Shown here one piece after another: positions 39,650-48,721 of a DNA stretch of 64,000 nucleotides. Under the pieces are notes generated by a model. It ran no database searches and was not told where the DNA came from. It saw nothing but the letters and a program-made list of their open reading frames with translations. How positions within the stretch are numbered: position 1 is the stretch's first letter; each line of letters starts with the position of its first letter. The translations under genes were made by a program, and so were the position numbers. This stretch comes from Bacteroidota bacterium (GTDB lineage: Bacteria > Bacteroidota > Bacteroidia > UKL13-3), in assembly GCA_027488905.1 (NCBI GenBank), contig JAIYAT010000020.1, forward strand, positions 246,490 through 310,489. The letters run 5' to 3'.

Positions 39650-40687
39650 TTAATTTTTTTGGTAAGTCACGCGTTCATAGGAGAAGAACTTTGATACAAA
39701 TGCCACTCTTCTTCTCGGGTCATCTTCTTTGGCATAAGTCTCCATGCTTATGCCGGTGGTTTTATTAAGAATATCTAAGGCTAAATACCCTGCACCCCCT
39801 TTACTTATGGTATCAGCAGCAGCCAATGCTTGTGGAGGTATATTTCTCTTTACTTGCTGAACCAACCACTCACTTGGCTTTAAAAACTTTGGTGAAAGTA
39901 TAGGTTCAGCTACGATGGCATTCGCTAAGGTTGAAAGCGAAACCAATTCCAGTTCGGGCAAGGCTAACTTTACCGAACTTGCCTTTAAGCTTAATGGATT
40001 TATGCTATGCTGATTTAGTACTTCTGTTGAAACAATTAACTTCTCTATAGTTTGCGTGTTCGATTGCTGGCGCACCTTAGCGTCCTCGATGGTTTTCACT
40101 TGAGGATAGGTTTTCGGTTCACTAATCCTTGTAGGGCCTGTTTCTGAGTTAGTTGCTGCTAAAATAGGTTTTACCTCTTGCTGCTTTTTTAGCAGTACCC
40201 ATGAACCATATCCAAACAATAACAAGGTTGCTGCCAAGGTTATCCATTGCATAGGTAACAAGGCTATGCGCTTTCCATCTTTACGTTTGAGTTTGTCTTT
40301 CCCTTTAAATTCAATTTGCGAAGGCTGCAGTTTAGTAAGTTCAAACAAGGCATACGCCTTTTTAACAGCAGGTTGAATGGCAATTTCTCTTTCAACTTCT
40401 TTAACTTCTTGTGGCGTTAAATCACCTTCTATTAAGGCAATCAGTTGTGTTTCTTGGGCAGGCGTTAAGGTGTTAATTGCTTCCTTTTTCAGGTAAGAAA
40501 AATCCAGACTTGCATTACTTATTTCTAAAGCCAAATCGGCTTGAGATAATAAGTCAAATTCCGCCTTTATATGAGGATGCAAGGCAAGAAAATCCATTAA
40601 CAAAGCCGTTTCCGCTTCATTTAGCAAGCCTTCCAAATGGTTAATTAACCATTCCTCGTAGTTTGATAGGTTAGGTAAATTGCTCAT
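39650..40687 (-). CDS. Anti-sigma factor (single-pass membrane protein)
   Basis: 4-bp overlap with the upstream ECF sigma gene. One TM segment (WITLAATLLLFGYGSWVLL). Typical position and organisation. Confidence 0.55.
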   Translation of the reverse strand: MSNLPNLSNYEEWLINHLEGLLNEAETALLMDFLALHPHIKAEFDLLSQADLALEISNASLDFSYLKKEAINTLTPAQETQLIALIEGDLTPQEVKEVEREIAIQPAVKKAYALFELTKLQPSQIEFKGKDKLKRKDGKRIALLPMQWITLAATLLLFGYGSWVLLKKQQEVKPILAATNSETGPTRISEPKTYPQVKTIEDAKVRQQSNTQTIEKLIVSTEVLNQHSINPLSLKASSVKLALPELELVSLSTLANAIVAEPILSPKFLKPSEWLVQQVKRNIPPQALAAADTISKGGAGYLALDILNKTTGISMETYAKEDDPRRRVAFVSKFFSYERVTYQKN

Positions 40688-41169
40688 AAAACGTTTTCTA
40701 AACTCCCTAAATAATTCTTCATGGCCAACCTTGCGCGGTAGATATACACCTTTACCTGACTTTCATTTAAGCCGGTGATGTCCCCTATTTCTTCGTAGCT
40801 ATACCCTTCATAATCTCTCAACAACACAACATGTCTTTGTATATCACTTAAAGTCTCTAAGGCTTTATTTAATACCTTTTTCAAATCGGTGTATTTGTTT
40901 TCGGTTTGAACCAACTCCACATGATGGTCTTCCATCACAGCAGAATGTTTTTCCTTGCGAATTTTGTCAATCATGGTATGGTATCCTGCGGTAAACAAAT
41001 AGCTTTTCGACTTTTGAAAGTCTACCTGCTCTACCTTTAACCAAAGCTTTTCGAACGTATCTTGCACCACATCTCTAGCTGCATCATTATCCTTGAGGTT
41101 TTTCGCCACAAAGCGAAACAAACCATCAGCATATTGATCCACACAAGTATTATAATCGGCAACTGTCAT
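40684..41169 (-). CDS. RNA polymerase ECF-type sigma-70 factor
   Basis: Region 2 ...VVQDTFEKLWLK... and region 4 ...YEGYSYEEIGDITGLNESQVKVYIYRARLAMKNYL. 161 aa. Confidence 0.8.
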   Translation of the reverse strand: MTVADYNTCVDQYADGLFRFVAKNLKDNDAARDVVQDTFEKLWLKVEQVDFQKSKSYLFTAGYHTMIDKIRKEKHSAVMEDHHVELVQTENKYTDLKKVLNKALETLSDIQRHVVLLRDYEGYSYEEIGDITGLNESQVKVYIYRARLAMKNYLGSLENVL

Positions 41170-41252
41170 CTCTCGGGTTAAAGGGATTTGTGCATGTGAC
41201 GCACGAACTGAGGAGAATGTTACAAAAAATATTTAAGATTTTTAGGAAAAGC

Positions 41253-41339
41253 GCTTTTGGCTTCTGGCAGCTGGCTTCTGGCGGGTCTTTCAAAGCGCTT
41301 CTGGCTTCTGGCAGCTGGCCTCTGGCGGTTCTTTCACGT
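41253..41339. repeat. Two tandem copies of a ~43-bp repeat (GCGCTT(T/C)TGGCTTCTGGCAGCTGGC(T/C)TCTGGCGG(G/T)TCTTTCA)
   Basis: Direct reading of the sequence. Lies immediately 5' of the 22-bp array. Confidence 0.8.
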
Positions 41340-41351
41340 TATACCAAGCTC

Positions 41352-41670
41352 CTACCCAAATGGTGGGAAGCTACTACCCAAATGGTGGGGACCTACTACC
41401 CAAATGGTGGGAAGCTACTCCACAAGAGGTGGGAAGCTACTCCATAAATGGTGGGGACCTACTACCCAAATGGTGGGAAGCTACTACCCAAATGGTGGGG
41501 ACCTACTACCCAAATGGTGGGAAGCTACTACCCAAGTGGTGGGAAGCTACTACCCAAGTGGTGGGAAGCTACTACCCAAGTGGTGGGAAGCTACTACCCA
41601 AATGGTGGGAAGCTACTCCATAAGAGGTGGGGAGCTACTACCCAAATGGTGCGAAGCTACTCCACAAGAA
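41352..41670. repeat. Tandem array of about 14 copies of a 22-bp unit (consensus CTACTACCCAAATGGTGGGAAG). No spacers, non-coding
   Basis: Head-to-tail copies with variants (GGGAAG/GGGGAC; CCCAAATGG/CCCAAGTGG/CCACAAGAGG/CCATAAATGG). The period is not a multiple of 3, so all three plus frames read the same low-complexity peptides (ORFs 41190..41854 are artefacts). Confidence 0.9.
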
Positions 41671-41973
41671 GTTTAGAGCAAGAGGGAGGAGAAAGAGTGC
41701 TTCTGGCCACTGGCAGCTAGCATCTAGCAGCCATAGAGCAAAGCCCCCGGTCGCCGAACAGAGTCCCGGTCGCCGAGCGGAGCCGAGGCGCCGAGCACAT
41801 AGAAAGAGAAGGAGAAAGAGAAAGAGTGTTATAGAAAGAGCAAGAGTACATTAATACCCAGCACGACGCCAACTGCCAAAAGCCAAACGCTAATAGCTAA
41901 TAGCTAACCGCCAGCAAATTTGGTATTCTAAAATAAACCCCATAACTTGTACTACCCTTAAATTTCTTTAGCA

Positions 41974-42486
41974 ATGAACGATAAAATTACCCTAGACCGC
42001 ATTAAATTAATGCATCCCTTGCTTCGCGCAGAAGTAACAGAAATGTACCATGAAATTTGTTTGGCCTTAACTGGCAAAGCCATTTGCAGGTTTGCGTATA
42101 CCCTAAGAACCTTTAAAGAGCAAGACGAATTATTTGCCATTGGCCGAACCAAGCCCGGCAAAAAAGTTACCAATGCCAAAGGAGGCCAAAGCTACCATAA
42201 CTATGGCTTGGCGTTTGACATTGTATTGTTAGTAGACACCAAAGGAAATGGCAAGTTCGACAAGGCGAGTTGGGAAACCAATGTAGACTTTGACCGCGAT
42301 GGCCGAGCAGATTGGCATGAAGTAGTTAGCATCTGCAAACGCTATGGCTGGGAATGGGGTGGCGACTGGAAATTCACCGACCTCCCACACTTCCAAAAAA
42401 CCATGGGAAAATCTGTCGTGCAATTAAAACAGTTGTTAGATGCCGGTAAGTTAGCTGTCAAAAACACTACTTATCCTTTGTTATAA
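41974..42486 (+). CDS. Peptidase M15 (D-Ala-D-Ala carboxypeptidase / phage-endolysin-like L-Ala-D-Glu peptidase) family protein
   Basis: ...GQSYHNYGLAFDIVL... (S-x-H-x-x-G-x-A-x-D zinc site) and ...GWEWGGDWKFTDLPHFQ (D-x-x-H) are M15 metallopeptidase signatures. A terminator-like hairpin lies at 42516-42545. Confidence 0.65.
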   Translation: MNDKITLDRIKLMHPLLRAEVTEMYHEICLALTGKAICRFAYTLRTFKEQDELFAIGRTKPGKKVTNAKGGQSYHNYGLAFDIVLLVDTKGNGKFDKASWETNVDFDRDGRADWHEVVSICKRYGWEWGGDWKFTDLPHFQKTMGKSVVQLKQLLDAGKLAVKNTTYPLL

Positions 42487-42678
42487 TTAAGTATAAAAGC
42501 GCTTTGGGGTGGGTTTGAACCGAGGCCAAACCTTTTACTTTTCACTTAAACAAAAAATACCCATTTATGGGTATAGATAGGTGAAGGGGATTGGGTAGGT
42601 TTGTTTAAATAAGTGATTTAGTTTTGGGTACTGAAGAGTTAAGGGCAAGCTTATTATTTTGCAACAAAAAAAACAAAA

Positions 42679-42930
42679 ATGAACATACATACCTTAAAGC
42701 TACTTCTCGAAAGTATGAGATACGAAATCAAGGATAGAAAATCCTATCTTGAATCTTTAAAAAAGCTTACTACAGAAAAAAGGGGAAATGCAACTAATGA
42801 TTCTTTACATCAAGAAGTTTTAGGAATAGTTAAAGATTTGGAAAATGAGCAATACTCATTTGAAGAGAAAGAAGAACTTGAAGCAATAAAATCCGAATTG
42901 ACTAAAATATTAAACAATAAAAACAAATGA
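42679..42930 (+). CDS. Small hypothetical coiled-coil protein
   Basis: 83 aa, charged and helical; immediately precedes and may be coupled to 42932..44659. Confidence 0.3.
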   Translation: MNIHTLKLLLESMRYEIKDRKSYLESLKKLTTEKRGNATNDSLHQEVLGIVKDLENEQYSFEEKEELEAIKSELTKILNNKNK

Positions 42931-42931
42931 A

Positions 42932-44659
42932 ATGAAAAATAAATTTTTACTATTTGCAATTTTGATAACCTTAGTTTCTGTAAGTAAATCCTACTCTCAA
43001 ACTAATTTATTTCTTCAAGACACAATTGTTTATTGTAATCAAGATAGCGCAAACATTCAATTAAGCGCTTCTTATAATCTTGTGGCTTGGGAAAAATTAG
43101 GTTCATCTGGATTAATATTAAATAATCAATTGATAGCACGTGAATCTGGCTTTTACTATGTAGCTGTGGCAGATTCCAATTTAGGTGATACAACAATTTG
43201 TTTTAGTACTTCTGACGTTTCTATGTCAGCATTGGTAAATGTACCAATTGGTTATATTATTACAAATGTAATTGCAGGTTATTATGGTACGCCAATCTCA
43301 AATTGCAGTAATCCGCTTCCTGGCTCTTGTCACTTTGATGCGACAAATATTATTAAGAAGGGATTTGTAGGAAAAAAAAGCTTTCAATATTACCAAGGTT
43401 TACATCCAGACATGTGCACAGGTATAGTAAAATCATTATATGTTAAGTTAAGGTGTATGAAATTTATTCAAGATTCAATTTATATCTCGTTAATAAAACA
43501 ACCAACGATTTATTCTCAAATTCCTGATACTATAATTTGTTCTAATAGCAAAGTTTCATTAACATTACCTGCCTTAATTTGTGATACGACTTTTATACCT
43601 GTCGATACGCTAAATCTATCTGTTACATCAAATAATGATGTCTATTCTATATCTACAAAATCTGGTAGGTTATACCAAATAAAAGTATCAAATGCGGTTT
43701 CCTATGGAGGAGGTTCGGGTAATCAAGCTGATGGAGCCTATATAAATATTACAGCTAGTCCACTTGAAAACATAACTTGGCGAATAAATGGAATGCAATT
43801 TGGCACCCTTCCTGATTTTCGACCGATTCCAAACGGTTATAACCCTTCCCACGAATATTACTTTTTTTTAATAGGAAATGGTGAACCATTTGTATTTAGA
43901 GCAAATGATTGTTGCTTAGGGGATAATTCTGGTCAATTTCAATTTGTTTTAAGCGAAGTATTGGTAAATGAACAATGTGACTTAAACTACATATGGTCTA
44001 ATGGCAATATTGGTAATTCTGCAACTTTAACTCCATCAAAGATTCCTTATATTGTATCATTAAGTAATGGTAGTAATATTTGCTCAATCGACACTTTTTT
44101 TGTTACTGCCGCCCAAAACTCAATTAATTCTCAACCTCAAAATCAAAGTGCTTTTATAAGCAATAGCGTTCTGTTTAAAGTAGCGTCTTCGGATTTAAAC
44201 GCCAATTTTCAATGGCAAACAGACCTAGGTGTTGGTTTTCAAAATTTGAATAGTGTTGGACAATACACCGGAACAACAAACGACACACTAACTGTTTCTT
44301 ACATTACGATGAGTAATAACAATCAACCTTTTCGGTGTATAGTTACTTCTGGTCCTTGTTATGACACATCAAACGTTGCTTTTTTAACTGTGAACAACAA
44401 AGTGGGTATATACGAAAACTCAAAAGACAATTTATTCTCTGTGTTTCCAAATCCTGCTCAAAGCGTAATTAATGTAAAGGCAGATAACAAACTTATTGGT
44501 GAAGTTTATTCCATTTATGATACCATAGGAAGAGTTGTCTTGACTGGAAAACTCAACAATCAAAACACAACAATAGAATTATGGAATTTATCAGGAGGGC
44601 TTTATTTGTTAAGTGTTGGAGAAAATACGAAGAAGTCAATTAAATTATTTAAGGAATAA
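42932..44659 (+). CDS. Secreted protein with a T9SS C-terminal sorting domain
   Basis: Signal peptide MKNKFLLFAILITLVSVSKSYSQ. The C-terminus ...SVFPNPAQSVINVKADNKLIGEVYSIYDTIGRVV...GGLYLLSVGENTKKSIKLFKE is a T9SS CTD. Confidence 0.6.
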   Translation: MKNKFLLFAILITLVSVSKSYSQTNLFLQDTIVYCNQDSANIQLSASYNLVAWEKLGSSGLILNNQLIARESGFYYVAVADSNLGDTTICFSTSDVSMSALVNVPIGYIITNVIAGYYGTPISNCSNPLPGSCHFDATNIIKKGFVGKKSFQYYQGLHPDMCTGIVKSLYVKLRCMKFIQDSIYISLIKQPTIYSQIPDTIICSNSKVSLTLPALICDTTFIPVDTLNLSVTSNNDVYSISTKSGRLYQIKVSNAVSYGGGSGNQADGAYINITASPLENITWRINGMQFGTLPDFRPIPNGYNPSHEYYFFLIGNGEPFVFRANDCCLGDNSGQFQFVLSEVLVNEQCDLNYIWSNGNIGNSATLTPSKIPYIVSLSNGSNICSIDTFFVTAAQNSINSQPQNQSAFISNSVLFKVASSDLNANFQWQTDLGVGFQNLNSVGQYTGTTNDTLTVSYITMSNNNQPFRCIVTSGPCYDTSNVAFLTVNNKVGIYENSKDNLFSVFPNPAQSVINVKADNKLIGEVYSIYDTIGRVVLTGKLNNQNTTIELWNLSGGLYLLSVGENTKKSIKLFKE

Positions 44660-44671
44660 TTTTAAACGAAC

Positions 44672-45112
44672 ATGACATCAGAAGAACTTAGAAAAATTTT
44701 CAATCAAAAGAAACAGAAAATAGAAAGAACTGTTAGCAAGAAAGGAATCGTAAAAGAAAAACTTGTTGAAGGCTTCGAAAAAACAACTTTTGAAGAATTT
44801 CAAACTTGGTTTAAAATTTCTAAATATCAAGATGGTTGTAATTACTGCGGTACAAGTTCTATAAGCACACATAAGCTATTCAATGATGCTATTTCAGGTG
44901 CAAGACATAATTGGACTAGGGGAGGAAAAAGAGGAAAAAGACTTGAATTAGACAGAGTTGATCCCTCCAAAAAATATGATGAACTTCAAAATCTTGTATG
45001 GTGTTGCTATTGGTGTAATAATGCCAAATCAAACTTTTTCACTAAAGTTGAATTTGAACCAATTGCAAAGGAGATTGGAAAAGCAATAAAGAAAATGATA
45101 GAACAGCATTGA
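44672..45112 (+). CDS. HNH endonuclease-like protein
   Basis: CNYCG...H...N...WCCYWCNNAKSN: two Cys pairs flanking His/Asn in an HNH-like zinc-finger arrangement. Sits at the left edge of the defence island. Confidence 0.5.
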   Translation: MTSEELRKIFNQKKQKIERTVSKKGIVKEKLVEGFEKTTFEEFQTWFKISKYQDGCNYCGTSSISTHKLFNDAISGARHNWTRGGKRGKRLELDRVDPSKKYDELQNLVWCCYWCNNAKSNFFTKVEFEPIAKEIGKAIKKMIEQH

Positions 45113-45271
45113 GACAGAAAATCAGCCAATAACAATAATAATAAATTGTCTATTCAACAACTTGTATACCCAATTGAGATAAAAAACCTGCCTAAGTTAA
45201 CCCCAATAACCACCAGTAGCCAACATATCTACAATAATTCGTATTTTGCTGCAAAGAATTTGAACGAATAA

Positions 45272-47683
45272 ATGATAGATAAAAAGTCCCTTTCTGAAAG
45301 AGATATATGCACCAAGTTTATTACCCCTGCGGTTGAGAAAGCGGGATGGAATAGACTGACGCAGTTATTGGAGGAAGTTTCGTTCACGGATGGAAAAATT
45401 TATGTGAGAGGTAAACTGACTGCAAGAGGAAATAAAAAACGAGCCGATTATATTCTGTATTACAAACCCAATATTCCTATTGCCATCATTGAGGCCAAAG
45501 ACAACAAGCATTCTGTTAGAGCGGGTATTCAACAGGCTTTGGATTATGCTCAAATACTTGATATCCCTTGTGTTTTTAGTAGCAATGGGGATGGCTTTTT
45601 GTTTCACGACCGTACCGCTACAGATGGTAATATTGAAACTGAAATTGGCTTAGATGATTTTCCAAGTCCCGAACAACTTTGGGAGAAATACAAAATTTAC
45701 AAAGGCATCGCAACGCCATCCGCTGAAAAGATTGCTTCACAAGATTATTATTTTGATGGTTCAAACCGAAAACCAAGATACTACCAACAAATTGCAGTAA
45801 ACAGAACTGTGGAAGCCATTGCCAACGGACAAAATCGTATTATTTTGGTAATGGCAACAGGTACTGGAAAAACTTATACTGCTTTTCAAATCATTCACAG
45901 ACTTTGGAAAAGTGGTGCAAAAAAACGCATTCTGTTTTTGGCCGACCGTAACGCATTAATTGACCAGACTCGCAGAGGCGACTTTAAACATTTTAAGGAT
46001 AAAATGACGGTGGTAAAGCACCGACAAATTGATAAGAGCTATGAAATCTATTTGGCATTATACCAAGGCTTATCTGGTACTGATGAGGATGCAAATGTGT
46101 ACAAACAATTTTCACCAGACTTCTTTGACTTGATTGTTATTGACGAGTGCCACCGAGGAAGTGCAAAGGAAGACAGCAGTTGGAGAGAAATTTTATCCTA
46201 TTTCAAAAACGCAACACATATTGGTTTAACTGCTACGCCAAAAGAAACCAAAGAAACAAGCAATACAGAATATTTTGGCGACCCAGTTTATACTTATTCC
46301 TTAAAACAAGGAATTGACGATGGTTTCCTTGCTCCCTATCGCGTAGTTAGAATTGGATTGAATATAGATGCTGAGGGTTGGCGTCCCGACCAAGGTAAAA
46401 CAGATAAAGATGGAAACGAAGTTGAAGATAGGGTTTATAACCGCAAGGACTTTGACCGAAATTTAGTAATAGAAGAACGCACAGAATTGGTTGCAAAAAA
46501 ACTCACTGAGTTCTTAAAAGGCTATGATCGTTTTGCAAAAACCATTGTGTTTTGTGTAGACATTGACCATGCTGAACGCATGCGAACGGCTTTGGCCAAA
46601 CATAATGCTGATTTGGTGGCAGAGAATTACAAGTATGTCATGCAAATTACAGGCGACAATGATGAAGGCAAACGAGAATTAGATAACTTCATCAACCCCG
46701 AAGAAAAATATCCTGTGATTGCCACTACCTCTGAATTAATGACAACAGGTGTGGATGCACAAACCTGTAAAGTAATTGTATTGGATGCCAATATCAATTC
46801 AATGACCAAGTTCAAACAAATCATTGGCAGAGGCACTCGCATCAATGAAGAATATGGTAAGCTTTATTTCACCATTCTTGATTTTAGAAACGCAACCGAT
46901 TTGTTTGCCGACAAAGATTTTGATGGTGACCCAATTCGTGTAAAGCCTGTTTCGCAAGACGAAGATTTATCATTGGTAGTAATTGAAGAAGAAGAAAATT
47001 CAGTAACCGTTTTAGACGAAGCCACAGGTGAGGAAGTGGTATTTGAAAAAGTTAAAATCCGCTATCCAGATGGCTCACCACTTGATGGAAATTGGGTAGC
47101 AAGAGATAAAAAGGGTTATAGAGAAAAAGTGTATGTAAACGGTGTGGATGTATCTGTTTTGGTGAGCCGTGAAATGTATTTCGACCAACACGGTAAACCC
47201 ATCACAAGCAGTTTAAAAGACCATACCAAAGATATTATCAAAGAAAAGTTTGCTTCGCTCGACGACTTTTTAAATAAGTGGAATTCCACCGACCGCAAAG
47301 AAGCCATCATTGCAGAATTGCAAGAACAAGGAGTAATGGTAGAACCCTTGTATGATGCCGTAAATAAAGAAGTGGATTTGTTTGATTTGATTTGTCATGT
47401 GGCTTTTGACCAACCCCCATTAACAAGGAGAGAAAGAGCCAACAACGTAAAGAAGCGAAACTACTTTACCAAATATGGCGAACAGGCCAAAAAAGTATTG
47501 GAAGCCTTATTAGATAAATATGCTGATGAAGGCATTACCAATATTGAAAATATAGAAGTGTTAAGAATTAATCCATTTGATTCTTTTGGATCACCTTTGG
47601 AAATCATCAACGAGTTCGGAAGTAAACAAAATTACTTTGCTGCCATCAAAGAACTGGAGACAGAACTATACAAACAGGCCTAA
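45272..47683 (+). CDS. hsdR: Type I restriction enzyme R subunit (short form, 803 aa)
   Basis: N-terminal PD-(D/E)xK nuclease region (ADYILYY...IAIIEAKD). SF2 helicase motifs (MATGTGKT Walker A; VIDECHR DEAH box; GLTATP motif III; later TTSELMTTGVD/QIIGRGTR motifs V/VI). Confidence 0.85.
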   Translation: MIDKKSLSERDICTKFITPAVEKAGWNRLTQLLEEVSFTDGKIYVRGKLTARGNKKRADYILYYKPNIPIAIIEAKDNKHSVRAGIQQALDYAQILDIPCVFSSNGDGFLFHDRTATDGNIETEIGLDDFPSPEQLWEKYKIYKGIATPSAEKIASQDYYFDGSNRKPRYYQQIAVNRTVEAIANGQNRIILVMATGTGKTYTAFQIIHRLWKSGAKKRILFLADRNALIDQTRRGDFKHFKDKMTVVKHRQIDKSYEIYLALYQGLSGTDEDANVYKQFSPDFFDLIVIDECHRGSAKEDSSWREILSYFKNATHIGLTATPKETKETSNTEYFGDPVYTYSLKQGIDDGFLAPYRVVRIGLNIDAEGWRPDQGKTDKDGNEVEDRVYNRKDFDRNLVIEERTELVAKKLTEFLKGYDRFAKTIVFCVDIDHAERMRTALAKHNADLVAENYKYVMQITGDNDEGKRELDNFINPEEKYPVIATTSELMTTGVDAQTCKVIVLDANINSMTKFKQIIGRGTRINEEYGKLYFTILDFRNATDLFADKDFDGDPIRVKPVSQDEDLSLVVIEEEENSVTVLDEATGEEVVFEKVKIRYPDGSPLDGNWVARDKKGYREKVYVNGVDVSVLVSREMYFDQHGKPITSSLKDHTKDIIKEKFASLDDFLNKWNSTDRKEAIIAELQEQGVMVEPLYDAVNKEVDLFDLICHVAFDQPPLTRRERANNVKKRNYFTKYGEQAKKVLEALLDKYADEGITNIENIEVLRINPFDSFGSPLEIINEFGSKQNYFAAIKELETELYKQA

Positions 47684-47749
47684 ATAAGGTTAATAATCCC
47701 TCAAAATGAAATTTGCAATTATCAAATCTGATTATATATTTGCCATCAA

Positions 47750-47800
47750 CATGCTCACCCCGCTTCCCGTAGAACAGCGCGCTCAGGGTGAGCTTTTTAT
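47750..47800 (+). terminator. Rho-independent terminator between hsdR and the Abi gene
   Basis: gctcaccccgcttcccgtagaacagcgcgctcagggtgagctttttattttt: a stem gctcaccc/gggtgagc followed by a T-run. Confidence 0.65.
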
Positions 47801-47812
47801 TTTTATAGAGGT

Positions 47813-48709
47813 ATGAGTAAAATTAACTACAATAAGCCTCCTCTTTCCTATACAGATCAAATTATCCAGCTAAAACAGCGTGGACTAATTATTAGCAACG
47901 AGCCTAAAGCACTTCACTTACTTGAGAATATCAGTTACTATAGGCTAAGTGGATATTGGTTTCCCCTTCTAGCTGATAAATTTGCTCATCAGTTCAAACC
48001 TAATTCCACTATTGAAACAGCTTTTAATTTATACTGTTTTGACAGAGAATTGCGTCAACTAATGCTTGCCGAAACTGAAAAAATTGAAGTGGCCATCCGA
48101 GCCAAATTGAGTTACGTTTTTTCGCATGCAAACGGCCCTTTTTGGTTTCAGAACCCAACTAATTTCACTAATCCTGGGAAGCATGCTACCTCATTTGCTA
48201 AAATTGAAGAGGAGTTTCAACGAAGTGATGAAGAGTTTATACATGCCTTTAAGGCAAAATACAATAATCCAATACCTCCCAGTTGGATGACATTGGAAAT
48301 AACATCATTTGGCACCTTATCCATTTTGTACAAGAACCTGAGACCTACCCATCAAAAGCGAGAAATTGCGCACTATTTTGGGTTGCCAGATAAAGTTTTT
48401 GAAACCTGGATTCACAGCATCGTTTACCTTCGTAATGTGTGTGCACACCACACCCGTTTGTGGAATAGAGCCATGAGTATTCAACCACAAATCCCAAGAT
48501 CACCGAGAAAACAATGGTTAAATAATGTAAATGTAGCTAATAACAGAACTTATTTTATTTTAAGTATGGTCGCCTATTTATTGCAAACCATAAATCCAAA
48601 CAATCGGTTTACTGATAAATTTAAAGCGCTTTTACACAAATATCCAAACGTAGATACCAGAGCACTAGGCTTCCCAATTGACTGGGAAAATGAACCACTT
48701 TGGAAGTAA
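47813..48709 (+). CDS. Abi_2 (AbiD/AbiF-like) abortive-infection family protein
   Basis: ...LENISYYRLSGYWFP... and ...YLRNVCAHHTRLWN match the conserved Abi_2-family motifs. Inserted between hsdR and hsdM. Confidence 0.7.
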   Translation: MSKINYNKPPLSYTDQIIQLKQRGLIISNEPKALHLLENISYYRLSGYWFPLLADKFAHQFKPNSTIETAFNLYCFDRELRQLMLAETEKIEVAIRAKLSYVFSHANGPFWFQNPTNFTNPGKHATSFAKIEEEFQRSDEEFIHAFKAKYNNPIPPSWMTLEITSFGTLSILYKNLRPTHQKREIAHYFGLPDKVFETWIHSIVYLRNVCAHHTRLWNRAMSIQPQIPRSPRKQWLNNVNVANNRTYFILSMVAYLLQTINPNNRFTDKFKALLHKYPNVDTRALGFPIDWENEPLWK

Positions 48710-48721
48710 CAAACAAATCAT

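Noticed and set aside
41352-41670. Possible CRISPR array
   Set aside because: The repeats are directly abutting with no unique spacers, the unit is only 22 bp, and no cas genes are nearby. It is a minisatellite-type tandem repeat, not CRISPR.
41190-41854. Five overlapping plus-strand ORFs (85-139 aa) encoding YYPNGGKLLPKWWEATTQMVGS-like repeats
   Set aside because: They are artefacts of the 22-bp tandem array. The period is not divisible by 3, so all three frames stay open and encode the same low-complexity peptide. There are no start or RBS features, and the region is the divergent promoter region between the sigma and M15 genes.
42516-42545. Hairpin ggtttgaaccgaggccaaacc + T-run considered as a separate feature
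   Set aside because: It is probably just the M15 gene terminator. It is instead noted as one instance of the over-represented GGTTTGAACC motif.
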